This document shows, piece after piece, positions 30,087 through 46,821 of a stretch of 64,000 nucleotides of DNA. The position numbers and the translations under genes were made by a program. Source of the stretch: Eledone cirrhosa (lineage: Eukaryota). The notes below the pieces were generated by a model that had not been told where the DNA came from, made no database searches, and saw nothing but the letters and a program-made list of their open reading frames with translations. The DNA lies in NCBI GenBank assembly GCA_964016885.1, contig CAXHJY010000590.1, positions 1 to 64,000 of the forward strand, given 5' to 3'. The first letter of the stretch is position 1. Each line of letters opens with the position of its first letter.

Positions 30087-31043
30087 ACTAGACATGAAAA
30101 ATGCGCAAGCTCAAAAGTGCCACAGAATGTTATAATAAACCTTCAAAAGTGTGGGACTAGAGTTGTTGCTAAAAAATATTGTAATCATTATATATCGTAC
30201 ATTCTGTGGCATCCTTTATAAAAATAGCTTAAACCAACGAAGCCTTTATTTTTACGCTATTTCACTTAGTTAATTCTTAGAGTGTAACATATAAAAATAT
30301 GATTTACAACTATAAAATAAATTAATTAATATAATAACAGAGCTGCGGAGCTGAAATTTAGGAAATAATGGAGTATCGGATCCTGAGTTGGAGCCAGTCA
30401 ATTTTTGGCCGACTCCGCAGCCCTGTATAATACATTTCATATTAAAGTTATTAATAAACCTATTTTACACTTCATGCAAATTACCACGAGATATTGATAT
30501 TAGATATAAGATACAGCGCAATATCTACAGCTGTAAAAGTACGAAAGCGAAGTAATAATAAGTGGCTTAAGGTAATTCCAATATGAAAGTTTGTAGTGAT
30601 AAAAATTTGATAATGCAATACGATTGTTAATATTATAGTTCTATGAAAATGTAACAATAGATAACTAAATTATTTTACTATTAGTATATTTAAGAAATTA
30701 TCATTATAGATTTGATCGTTCATATAAGCATCATATTAAGTTTCAACACAATTATTTTGTTACTATGAGTATATGATAATAATATTACGTAATTATTTAT
30801 AGCTGTTATTACATTAAACATAGATGTATTTATTTTTATATGTTACACTCTAAGAATTAACTAAGTGAAATAGCGTAAAAATAAAGGCTCCGTTGGTTTA
30901 AGCTATTTTTATAAAGGATGCCACAGAATGTACGATATATAATGATTACAATATTTTTTAGCAACAACTCTAGTCCCACACTTTTGAAGGTTTATTATAA
31001 CATTCTGTGGCACTTTTGAGCTTGCGCATTTTTCATGTCTAGT
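30087..31043. mobile_element. Non-autonomous element with 213-bp terminal inverted repeats (30087-30299 / 30831-31043)
   Basis: Arms match apart from one substitution seen; AT-rich non-coding interior. Confidence 0.8.
30338..30425. mobile_element. 88-bp hAT-type MITE nested in the above
   Basis: TIRs CAGAGCTGCGGAG / CTCCGCAGCCCTG; 8-bp TSD TATAATAA / TATAATAC. Confidence 0.75.
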
Positions 31044-31639
31044 TTAATATTTTTTTAAGGCAACGCTTGTAATAACTCTAGTTAAACAGGATATATATTA
31101 ATAATAAATTATCGTTGTAATGTAATTAGATTATGTAATTGTTATTATAAATTATCTTATAAATATTAGTGTAAGATGTATAAAAATATTTTCAGACTTT
31201 TAATATAAACAACTACAAAAAACAATCAATATTAAATCAATATATTATACATAATAGAAAACATAAAATATACAATACAAAAACAAAATATTTACATACA
31301 ATTGCAATTATCAGTGTATATACATTTTCTTTATATTCCCTGAGCAAATTAATAAGATTTGTTTTTATTGTACATAATTTGATGACTTGTTGGAGTGTAT
31401 TAAAAGATAGCAACAATTTGTGATTAAATTGTTATCTTAAGCAACTCACTTTTTAATAGTTGTTGGCTGAGCGAAATTGTAAAAGCCTATGAGCAAATAT
31501 AAAAAAAAATACACAAACAACATTTCCTTGTGTTATTACAACATTAGATAAAATAATTGAGCAATGTCGTTATATTTTGCTCTTATTGCACATTAATAGT
31601 GTTTCTATTTTTCGGCACAAATCCATTACGGCAGTCCAT

Positions 31640-31765
31640 TACTGGTACTTTATTTTATCGAATTAGTAAGTATGAAAGTCGAAGTTAACCTCGGCAGGAT
31701 TTGAACTTAGAATGCAAAGGACCATAACAATACTGCAAAGCATGGTGTCTGACGCTCTACTAATA
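31640..31765 (-). mobile_element. tRNA-derived SINE (same family as 7618-7842), partial
   Basis: ACTGGTACTTTATTTTATCG...GTTAACCTCGGCAGGATTTGAACT...GACGCTCTAC. Confidence 0.8.
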
Positions 31766-32157
31766 CTTGTGTTGAGCTGGTCATTAATTTATGGTGGTCG
31801 TGCGTGGAGTAGAGCAATCGCTAGTTGAAATATTATGAACAAAACATTTTTATTTGCCGAAGAACATATTTTCAATACTGTTTGTGAATGTGACGAAGGA
31901 AATACATTCTGATATGGAACAGTGTACAAAGTGTGTCTGTGAATAACATAATGTTACCTCATGTTGTTGTCAAGACATAATGGATTTCGTATATCCAGTT
32001 AGAAGATGAAACCTAGCCATCTCGGATTAGTTATATTTCATGCCATGTGTAAACGTGTTTGAGGATAGCAAAATATGCGCGTTAATTATAATAATTAGTT
32101 AATAATATTACAAAATATACCTAATTAAACTCTTTGCTTGAAATTTTATCATTCTTC

Positions 32158-32251
<94 letters not shown>

Positions 32252-33654
32252 TTATCTAGTCCTTCGCTCAAGATTAATCTATAAGTTTAGATGTTTGCCT
32301 TCGTTTAAGTAAATATTACAGTAAGATTTTTAATATAAACAACTACAAAAAACGATTAATATTAAAACGAAAAAATTATCAATGATAAAAGAAGCGGATG
32401 CAACTTTTTTTTTTATAAAGTTATATTCCTGTTTCTTTAAAGAACATTTCATTTTTGTTCTATTGTAGGCGAAATAATGCAATGGTTTAATAGGGAAGAT
32501 ATAACTTACGAATTATGTCTCTAACCGTGTAACGCTTTTTAAGTAGATAACTACAATTGAAAATACTAAAGAAATGGAACCAACAATTCAATTTGAAAGT
32601 CGTCTAGTGACAGTGTATTACTGGTACTTTATTTTATCGACCCCGTAACGATGAAAGGCAAAAATGCAAATGCTTAAAATTTAAATTGCCTTAATTCTAT
32701 CGTCTGCTGTTTCATTAAAGGGAGATTATCGTCTGTATTTAATTCTATCGTCTACTGTTCCACTAAACAGATATACCTCCACTATCGTCTCTATTTATAC
32801 ATTTTAACTTATAACTTATACACATTTGATTTGAAATATTTTATCTAGTCCCCCCTCTCAATATTATGATGATTTCTTTCGAATGAAACAGTTCTAGTCC
32901 TGTAGAAGCCATTTATATATATAATTGAACTGAGTTAAAAATTCACAATATTTATAATTAAATAAGCTCATATATATATGTGTGTATTTATCTGTTTATT
33001 GTATTATATATAATGTGTGTATATACAGGATGTCCCCCAAAAATATATACACACTTCAACAGCATTCTAATAACTATTGCCTGTACAGGTAATCAAAGTG
33101 TCAATCGAATGTTAGTTTCGTGTTTTAACAGTACAAATTTACAATACACACATAAAACCAGTGTATATACATACATGAGTGTGTATACACATACATGAAT
33201 GTGTATATACAATATATATGTATATATATATAGACACATATATTCACGGTGCAACGGTACATTGAAATATAGATGCGGGAGAGGGGGGGTGTATATATAG
33301 GGGCGCTGGGGATAAAGGAGTGTAAAGCGTGTGTAATTGATATATTGAAGGAGAGGAGCGTGCAGCGATAGAGTAACAAATATATAGAGAGGGGGAGAGA
33401 TGGTATTGAAGGGGAGGAGTGCAAAGCGAAAGAGTAAGAGATATATATAGAGACGGAACAGATAGAGAGAAACAGGCGTAAGTAACAGTGGAAGAGATAT
33501 AGAGAGAGGTACTCTGATTGGTTGAAAATTAGCCAATGACATACGATCACCACCACCACGGCTATCCCCGAAAAATTTTTAAAGAAGCTAGGCATATATG
33601 TTAGAACACGAAAAGTGAACATTCTGTTGTTTCACACTTTTCGTGTTCTAACAG

Positions 33655-37985
<4,331 letters not shown>

Positions 37986-38067
37986 CTCTTTTACTCTTTT
38001 ACTCTTTTACCTGTTTCAGCCATCCGGCTGAGGCCATGCTGGGGCACCGCCCTTGTTGCTACACATT

Positions 38068-41000
38068 TTATCTCCAGCCTGTATAGGTTGGCCACTGGTG
38101 TAGGAGGGAGTTTGTTGCTGCTGCCCTTAGGTTTCCCTCGTGTCTTGCTGTGGGCTCATCCGGGATCCTGGATAACAAGGTGTCGAGATGTTTCTTAAAG
38201 ACATCCACCTCCACGTCATGCAAGTCTCGCAGATGCCTCGGCAGCCTGTTGAAGAGTTGAGGGCCCTTGAATCCCAGGCTATTGCAATACCTGCTCCTTA
38301 TTCTAGATGTGGAAGACGGGACCTTTGGCACCACACAGTGACGTCCTGTTCGACGGTTGGTCCAGCTCCCAATGCCAAAGTTTGGTGCTAGTCCCTCCAG
38401 GATTTTCCACATGTAGATCACTGCGTATCTCTCCCGTCTTCACTCCAAGGAGTAGAGGTTCAGTTCCTTCAGCCTCTCCCAGTAGCTTGTCTCCCTCATC
38501 TTGGCAATCCTCTTGGTGTAGCTTCGCTGGATTGCCTCAAGCTCTGTGGTTAGTTTGACACTATGGGGTGACCACAGCTGGGAGCAGTAGTCCAGGCGGC
38601 TTAGGACAAAAGTCCTCCACAGTGTCAACATGGTGTCTCGATCTCTTGTAAGGAAAGTCCTCAAGATCCAGCCAGCGAATCGTCTACATGCTGTCGCCAC
38701 CTTCATGATGTGTGAAGAAAAAGATGCATCATCGCTCATGTCTATGCCCAGGTCTCGTATCGATTTTGACACGGGGATATCGGTCCCTCCTGGTCCTGTG
38801 TAGCTGTGTTCCGCTATATTTGTGTTTGTGTTTGCAGGTTTGTATTGTAGGGCTTGGAATTTGCCAGCATTAAACTGCATGTTGTTTTCTTCCGCCCATC
38901 TGTATATGGCATCCAGATCCTGCTGTAAGAGGGCAGCGTCAGCCGGGTTTTTGATTGCCTGTGCTACCTTAGTATCATCAGCATAGCTAGTGAGGGATGT
39001 TGTTGCATGCACCACAGAGGGCATGTCCGAGAGAGCCACCAAAAACAGTAGTGGTTCCAGGACTGTCCCCTGAGGCACCCCACTTGTTATCGGTGTTTCC
39101 CTCGAGAGGGCCCCATTTGCTGCGACTGCCTGGCTTCTGTCCCTCAGGAAGCCATGCAGCCACTCACCTACTTTTCCAGCTATGCCGAGTCCGTGTAGTT
39201 TGTGACATATCATTCCGTGGTCGACCTTGTCAAAGGCCTTCGCAAAGTCAAGATATATCACGTCTACATGTGAGCTGTCTAGTAGTTGTCTCAGTACCCA
39301 GTCGTAGTGATGTAGCAGCTGTGTAAGGCAGCTTCTTCCTGGGCGGAAGCCATGTTGCGTGCTAGTCAGGCGGTCATTTTCTTCGAGGAAAGTGATTAGT
39401 TTCTTTCTGACGACTCGCTCCATGACCTTACTGATATGCGACGTCAGGGAGACTGGCCTATAGTTCTTGGCCTCCGCTCTACTACCTCCTTTATGGATAG
39501 GGCATATTGTGCCTTCTTTCAGCTCCCTGGGTAGTACACCGCTAGCCAAGGAGCTTCTGAAGAGCATCTTCAGTGGAATTGCTAAGGCCCGCTTACATAT
39601 TTTTAGGAGAACTGCTGGGAATCCATCAGGTCCAGCAGCCGAGTCTGTTCTAATTTCATCAATGGCGTACACCACATCCTCCTCCGTTATGTCTATGTGG
39701 TTGATGGTTGCCATTTCTTGATGTAGTGTTGTGGCATCAAAGAACTCCTCTGGCTTCGTTATTTGCATGTGCCTCAGTGGACATGTGAAGACACTTTTGT
39801 ACTGTTCGTTCAGTATTTCACATATCTCTTGGGGATTTTCGGTTAATGAACCGTCCGTGTGGAAGAGTGGTCCAATCTTGCAGTGTACTGAGGCAGTTTC
39901 TTTTGCAAATTTAAAGAAGGCCTTAGGGTTTGTTTTAATGTTTTCTATGGCCCTGTTCTCTTTCCTTGCCCTCTCATTCTCATGTGAAAGCTTGAGTGCA
40001 ATCTCGGTGTCAAGTAGTGCACGTTTCAAATAGGATTCCTTCTTGTTTTGGTTTTGTTGACTATTCAACTGGTTTGAGAGTTTAGTTCTACGTCTCATAA
40101 GGATTTTCCTATCTCTGGGAATAAGATTTTTGTGTCTGTTTGCCTCTTTCTCCGGGACACACTTTTTGCATATGGTGTGTATCGTTGTCATGAAGTGTTG
40201 AAATTGTGTGTTAGTGTCTTGTGTGGCGATGTTTGCACTCCATGTTTGCTTCCGGATTTCACTCTTAATCTTCTTCCAGTCAGCCCCGTAGAAGTTAAGG
40301 CTGGATAGCGTCCCGGAGCTTCTTGGTGGTTTTGTCTCTGTTGGTTCTCTTGGACCACATATCATTAGCTCTACCAAGTTATGATCCGAGAGAATTGTTG
40401 GTGTCACCTTTACATTGTGGATGAGCACTTCGTTGTTTGTAAAACAGAGGTCCAGGACATTTTCGCCTCTTGTTGGGAGGAGTATTGCTTGCTCCATGAA
40501 CAGCCTGTGTGTGAGGGCCAGCAGGGATTCCGTCTGTCTCTGTTCTATTGACGTCATTCCAGGGAGGAGGTGGCCCTCAGGCCATTTGACCTTTGGTAGG
40601 TTGAAGTCTCCCAGCAGTAGGATGTTGAGACCCTGGTCCAGTTTGTCAAGGACCTCTTCTATCCTACTTAGGCTATCCTCAAATTTACCCTCATGACTGG
40701 GGGCATCGGGCGGCCGATATGTGACACATATTACCGTCTGTAGTTGCTTCATATGTATTATCAGTGTGTCACAGACTGAGTTTGAATGTGTCAACAGTAC
40801 AATTGGTGTGACATCTTCACGGATATACAGAGCAGCCCCACCATGAGTTCTCTCCTTCCTGTCCGAACGAAATACAGTATATTTCGGTATATGTATTTCT
40901 GCATCTGCTATACTGCTTGTCAGGTGCGTTTCGGTTAGTGCCATGCATAGTGCTTGATTGCTTATGGCTAAGTCTCCCAGGTAGGAAATTTTACTCATGT

Positions 41001-41109
41001 TGCTGAGTTTCACCAGGCCCCTGACATTCAGCAGCAGCACTGGTGTGACTTTTGGGGTGCCAGTAATGGCTGTCGGTATGACACCTGGTCTGGTGTCAGC
41101 GGCGGCCAC
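38068..41109 (-). pseudogene. LINE ORF2 APE-RT with one in-frame TGA at 38440-38442
   Basis: ALTETHL, LGDFN, SDHN, YLDFAKAFD, YADD; reads LYSLE*RRERYAVIYMWK and continues in frame to 38068; QGTVLEP where G is expected. Confidence 0.88.
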
Positions 41110-41990
41110 TCTGGGTCCCTTAACTGCGGTGGTCTCGAGTGCTGGTGTGGATGACCCTGCCTCTGGAGACGATGCAGCCAGGTCAGCTGTCCCACAATCT
41201 TCTCTGCCATCACTAAAAAATTTTTCTGATCTGCTGCTGCCATCTGTATCTCGTCGGCATGTGCGTGCCTTCTCCTTGTTGGTGCAGCACGCGCGACATC
41301 AGCATACTTCTGGAGCGGCTTATTTCGGCTTTGGCTGGGGCATGTTGCGCGAGTATGATGGGCATAGTTCGTTTGAGACCTAGGGTGGGCGAATCTGCAT
41401 CCCATCCCTGTCTCTCCATGCCAGCATGTCCCGTTCTTGAAAAACTTGCACATTACTTGGGGTTTTTTGCTCCCAGTGTCTCGGTGCTTTCTGTTCTTTC
41501 TTTGAACAGTTGTCCACTGGTCCCTCTGCGCTTGGTTCTCCTTCGGAAGGTGATTTCGCTTTTCACCTTTGCCCTTAGCTTGTTGGTTGCCCGGCCTGCC
41601 CTCCCTGCCTGTAGCGGAGGGTATATCATTTTCTTTCAGGTCCGTGCTTGTGCTCTCCTCCTTTTCTTTTTCCCTTTCTTTTTCCTCTTCCTTTTCCCTC
41701 TCCTTCTCCTCATCCCTCCCTTCGGTTTTCTCCTCCCCGAGGACACGGCTTAGCATCGCCATATGAGGCGCTATGAGGACATACGCCTTCTCAATTTCTT
41801 TTCTCTTTCTCTCTATCTGTACCAGGGTCCTCATAAACCCATGGCTCTTCAGGTTCTCCGCCATCTTTTTGCTTGGTGGAGACCCATCAGCCATAGTCCA
41901 CCCCTTGATCAAAACCGCTAGTTCAATCTTCGACCAGTTTCGCTGACTCCTGATTTCACATTTTTCCCATTTTTCCTGCATGCAGTCCAT
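41028..41990 (-). CDS. LINE ORF1: Myb/SANT(trihelix)-like N-terminus, acidic coil, CCCH zinc finger
   Basis: WSKIELAVLIKGW...MAENLKSHGFMRTLVQIERKRKEIEKAY; CKFFKNGTCWHGETGMGCRFAHP. Confidence 0.75.
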   Translation of the reverse strand: MDCMQEKWEKCEIRSQRNWSKIELAVLIKGWTMADGSPPSKKMAENLKSHGFMRTLVQIERKRKEIEKAYVLIAPHMAMLSRVLGEEKTEGRDEEKEREKEEEKEREKEKEESTSTDLKENDIPSATGREGRPGNQQAKGKGEKRNHLPKENQAQRDQWTTVQRKNRKHRDTGSKKPQVMCKFFKNGTCWHGETGMGCRFAHPRSQTNYAHHTRATCPSQSRNKPLQKYADVARAAPTRRRHAHADEIQMAAADQKNFLVMAEKIVGQLTWLHRLQRQGHPHQHSRPPQLRDPEWPPLTPDQVSYRQPLLAPQKSHQCCC

Positions 41991-42194
41991 TTCGCTGTGG
42001 AGGGGAGAAAGAGGGACAGTGGGAGGTGTAGAGTAGAGGTTAGAGAGGGACAGAGTGAGGGAGGGAGATAGAGATATTACTCCAGCGAGAGAAAAAGAAA
42101 GAGAAACAGAAGAAAAGAAAAGAAAAGGGGGAGACAGAAGAGGGGAGCGAGAGAGATAGCGGGAAGAGTGGGGGGGGTCAGAGGGAGAGAGAGA

Positions 42195-42236
<42 letters not shown>

Positions 42237-42460
42237 CGTTGATCTAGAGAGAGGGAGAAAGAGAGCTCGTTGATCGAGAGAGAGAGAGGGGGAGAGAGAG
42301 AGAGAGAGAGAGAGGAAGGAGAGAGATAGAGACAGCGTGAGAGCGTGAGCAACTGCAGTTCATAAATATAAAAATAAATTTTTAAATCTAAATTTAAATT
42401 AATGAATGGAAGAAACCGGAAACAGAGATATAGAAACACGATGTAAATGTCTGTTTACAA

Positions 42461-42675
<215 letters not shown>

Positions 42676-42708
42676 CATATATATACATATATATATACAT
42701 ATATATAC

Positions 42709-42765
<57 letters not shown>

Positions 42766-42890
42766 CATATATATACATATATATATACATATATATACAT
42801 ATATATATACATATATATACATATATATATACATATATATACATATATATATACATATATATACATACATATATACATATATATACATAC

Positions 42891-42925
<35 letters not shown>

Positions 42926-43457
42926 CATACATATATATATATATACATACATATCATCATCATCATCATCATCATCAGGTTTAGCGTCCGTGTTCCACGC
43001 TTGCATGGGTTCGGGGGTTTTCCCACTTGAGGCAAGAGTGGTTGTCTTGCTCGCATAGGACTGTCTGGCGGGTTTTCTACAGTTGGATGCCCTTCCTAAC
43101 ACCAACCACATTTACAGTGTGGGGCTGGGAGGTTTTTACCGTGTTGCCTACACGGCCACATTACAGCGTGGACTGTCTGGCGGGTTTTCTACAGCTGGAT
43201 GCCCTTCCTAACACCAACCACATTTACAGTGTGGGGCTGGGAGGTTTTTACCGTGTTGCCTACACGGCCACATTTACAGCGTGGACTGTGTGTTTTTTGT
43301 CATGACACCTACACGATCTCATTTGTTTCGGCCTGGATGTTGTGGGACCAACATAACTTTACATTGAAAGGGGCGGTGTGGGTGGGGTGGAGGTGGTGGG
43401 ACGGGGGTGTGTTTTGATAGAGGTGCCTACTGACTGTAGTAGGTTTTTACTTTGTAT

Positions 43458-46400
43458 TTAGGTAAGGCGGGTCTTCTCTATTACTGAGTACCGCCAAAGG
43501 TCTCGCTCCAGTGACATTGTCTTGGAGAGGTGTAAGCGTGTGAGGTCGGAATTTATCAGCTCGTCCCATGTTTTTCTGGGTCTGCCTACTCCGTGGCTAC
43601 CGTCTATCTTTATTGCCCTGCACTTTGTTATACAGCTGTCGTCTTTCATGCGCATCACGTGACCGTACCAACGTAGCCTTCTCTCGAGTAAACAACATCT
43701 GATCCCTCTTATCTCTAATTTATTCCTTAGTTCGTTTATGCTTTGCCGTTCACGTATATTACTATTACACATCCAGCGGAGCATGCAAGCTTCGTTCCTC
43801 TCTAGTCTGCGTATATCCTCTGCACACAATGCCCAGGTCTCACTGCCATGCAGCATTGCTGTTCGTATGCAGGCATCGTATAACCTGCCTTTCATTTTTA
43901 GGGAGAACCCTCTAGCGGCTAATAGTGGTATAACCTCTCTGAACTTTTTCCATCCAGTTCTGACTCTAGCTACTGTACTTTCAGAGCACCCTCCCCCACT
44001 GCTGATTTTGTCACCCAGATAACGGAAGCTGTCCACTATTTCTATAGAACCCTCTGCGCAGTTGAAGGAGCTAGTATTTTGTGGGCACTTGCTGCTACTT
44101 ATTGCACCAGAGCACCGGCCACATGTAAAATCTATGTTCTTAGTTAGCTTACCTGTGATCCCACTACATCTTTTATGCACCCATACTTTGCATTTGGGAC
44201 ATAAAATGGAGTTTCTACCTACGCCTTTCCTACACACTGAGCATGGCCATTTCCCCGATGGGACCGCCGCCTTATTTTCTTTCCTACAAACTAGAACTTT
44301 AGTCTTAGCCAGGTTAATTTTAAGGCCTTTTGATTCTAGGCCGTGCTTCCACGTTTGGAATTTCTTCTCTAGTTCGGTCATTGATTCAGCTATGAGCGTT
44401 AGATCATCTGCGTATAGGAGTTCCCATGGGCAGCCGGTCTTGAACTCCTCTGTTATAGCCTGAAGGGCAATAATAAATAGTAGGGGGCTAAGTACAGAGC
44501 CCTGATGGACACCAACTTTTACGCTAAACTCTTCACTATATTCGTTGTTAATTCTAACCTTACTGACTGTTTCTTTATACATGGCTTGTATAGCTCTCAC
44601 AAGCCATTCATCAACACCTAGTTTTCTAAGAGACCACCAGATAATGGAACGGGGGACTCTGTCGAAGGCTTTCTCCAAGTCGACAAAAGCTAAGTATAGG
44701 GGTTTACTTTTAGCTAGGTACTTCTCCTGTAGTTGTCGTACAATGAAAAGAGCGTCTGTGGTACTTTTGCCTGACACAAACCCGAACTGCATTTCATCTA
44801 GATCAATTCTCTCTCTGATTAGTTGCGCTATTACTTTTTCCGTGACCTTCATGACCTGGTCGATTAATTTAATGCCTCTATAGTTACTCCTATCTAGGGC
44901 ATCTCCTTTTCCCTTATAGCAGTTAACGATGATGCTGCTACGCCATTCCTTCGGAACAACCCCATTCTGTACGACTTGGTTAACTATCCGGGTGACCATG
45001 GTGTGTCCCACCGAACCAGATGCCTTCAGCATCTCAGCAACTATTTCCGAAGGCCCAGCCGCCTTACCCGTCTTCATATCTTTGATTGCCTTACTTATTA
45101 TACTACCTTTAACTAACACTGCTGGTCCCTCTATTGGATCGATCTGGGGGAGACTGTCTTTCTCCCATTTGTTCTCCTCATTTAGAAGCCTTTCGTAGTG
45201 ACACTTCCAAGCTACCTTCTTATCAGCGTCGGTGATGGCAAGTATGCCATCATCGTTAAGTACACACTTCTCCCCGACAATATCACGGTTTTCCTTGACA
45301 CATTGCCTGGCAATCCTGAACACCTCACGTTTTTGGTCCTCACGTTGTAGAACATGCTTGAACTTTCTTTCCTCTGCTTCCCTTCTTGCGAAGTACACTT
45401 GTCTCCTAGCTTCCCTCCTGGCCACTTGATAGTCTTCTCTACTTCCCCCATCCCGCCATACTTTCCAAGCCTGCTTTTTGGCCTTAATTGACTCCTCCAC
45501 CTTACTGTTCCACCACCATGTTACTCTCCTCCTACCTACAGGCCTGCTCCAGCCACAGACTTCGTCTGCCGCCGTCAGCAGGTTTGCTCTCAGGAATTCC
45601 CACTGTTCCTCTATATTATACGACTCTAATTGCTCTTCCTTACTGTCGAAAGCGTCAAGTAATTTGCTTTGAAATTTATTTCTGGCTATGGGGTCCTTTA
45701 GCTTCCATATTTTTCTCCTGAGGATAGTCCTCTTTCGCTGTCTAGTACGTCTCGTCCTGACTATGAGGTCGCTAATTATCAGTCTATGTTGGGAGGTGAA
45801 TTCTTCATGGGGGTGGGATTTAGTGTTAACAACAGACACTCTGTCACGTCTTCTGGTAAGGATATAATCTACCTGGCTTGTGTGTTCCCCCGATCTATAG
45901 GTGATCAAGTGATTGTCTCGTTTTTTGAAGTTAGTGTTACAGATAGTTAAGTTATTTGCGTCGCAGAATTCCAGGATTCTGGAGCCTTCCTCATTTCTAG
46001 TACCGAACCCATAGCCTCCATGGATTCCGTCATAGCCGTCACAATGTTGTCCAACGTGACCATTTAGGTCGCCTGCAATAACTATATAGTCACTGTCGGT
46101 TATTTGGGAGGTAGCGAGCATCAGTGTCTCGTAGAATCTGTCTTTTATAGCGCGGGGCTGTCCGGATTGGGGTGCGTACGCAGATATTACTGTCACCGTA
46201 GTTTTATTGAGGACAAGTCTTATTTTAATTATTCTGTCGTTCACTCTATTTACGTCTATTATCTTATCTGCCCACTTTTCTGCTACCATGATTCCTACCC
46301 CACCCAACCCATTGTCATTTCCCACCCAGAAAAGCTTATAGCATCGCTCTTTACCCACGATGAATCTAGCCGACCTTCCCCTCCACCTGGTCTCTTGAAT

Positions 46401-46478
46401 ACAACAAACATCGACCTCCTTACGTTCAAGCATTTCTACAACCTCGTTAGAGCGACCCTTTAAGGTGCCTACATTCAT
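43458..46478 (-). CDS. RTE ORF: APE endonuclease + RT + inserted PHD-type zinc finger, 1006 aa, intact
   Basis: MNVGTL, CIQETRW, SAYAPQ, GDLNGHVG; FVDLEKAFD, HQGSVLSPLLF, LYADD; CSVC...CPKCKVWVHKRC...CGRC; RRLRWYGHV, GRPRKTW. Confidence 0.93.
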   Translation of the reverse strand: MNVGTLKGRSNEVVEMLERKEVDVCCIQETRWRGRSARFIVGKERCYKLFWVGNDNGLGGVGIMVAEKWADKIIDVNRVNDRIIKIRLVLNKTTVTVISAYAPQSGQPRAIKDRFYETLMLATSQITDSDYIVIAGDLNGHVGQHCDGYDGIHGGYGFGTRNEEGSRILEFCDANNLTICNTNFKKRDNHLITYRSGEHTSQVDYILTRRRDRVSVVNTKSHPHEEFTSQHRLIISDLIVRTRRTRQRKRTILRRKIWKLKDPIARNKFQSKLLDAFDSKEEQLESYNIEEQWEFLRANLLTAADEVCGWSRPVGRRRVTWWWNSKVEESIKAKKQAWKVWRDGGSREDYQVARREARRQVYFARREAEERKFKHVLQREDQKREVFRIARQCVKENRDIVGEKCVLNDDGILAITDADKKVAWKCHYERLLNEENKWEKDSLPQIDPIEGPAVLVKGSIISKAIKDMKTGKAAGPSEIVAEMLKASGSVGHTMVTRIVNQVVQNGVVPKEWRSSIIVNCYKGKGDALDRSNYRGIKLIDQVMKVTEKVIAQLIRERIDLDEMQFGFVSGKSTTDALFIVRQLQEKYLAKSKPLYLAFVDLEKAFDRVPRSIIWWSLRKLGVDEWLVRAIQAMYKETVSKVRINNEYSEEFSVKVGVHQGSVLSPLLFIIALQAITEEFKTGCPWELLYADDLTLIAESMTELEKKFQTWKHGLESKGLKINLAKTKVLVCRKENKAAVPSGKWPCSVCRKGVGRNSILCPKCKVWVHKRCSGITGKLTKNIDFTCGRCSGAISSSKCPQNTSSFNCAEGSIEIVDSFRYLGDKISSGGGCSESTVARVRTGWKKFREVIPLLAARGFSLKMKGRLYDACIRTAMLHGSETWALCAEDIRRLERNEACMLRWMCNSNIRERQSINELRNKLEIRGIRCCLLERRLRWYGHVMRMKDDSCITKCRAIKIDGSHGVGRPRKTWDELINSDLTRLHLSKTMSLERDLWRYSVIEKTRLT

Positions 46479-46821
46479 GGTACCAACTCTGAAGTTTTGG
46501 ATTGCGTTTGGAGGGTGGGAGCGGTGGGGCGCGGGGTTATGTTAGCCATCCTGGGCCGAAACAAGGAGGAGTGCTTGCATTCTCGTCCACGAGGTGAATT
46601 TGGCTTTATCTTTGGCATTGTCGCTGAGCGTCCACATTTTTCTCTCTTCAACTCTCCAGAATTCCGTAGTCCATCCATCATATCGAAAAGCAACCAGTTA
46701 AGCGATAGTATGGGCCTCTGACTTATGATTGGTCCACGTAATAATGGTGGTGCGTGGGGGCGGGAGGGAGGGATGATGGGTTGTTAGCGAGAATGTAAGG
46801 TTTAAGATAAGATCGCCGTAT

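Noticed and set aside
38440-38442. In-frame TGA as selenocysteine or programmed readthrough
   Set aside because: Falls at an Arg position (SLQRRRERY in the related LINE), so a single-base nonsense mutation is simpler; the copy also has a G-to-E change in a conserved RT motif
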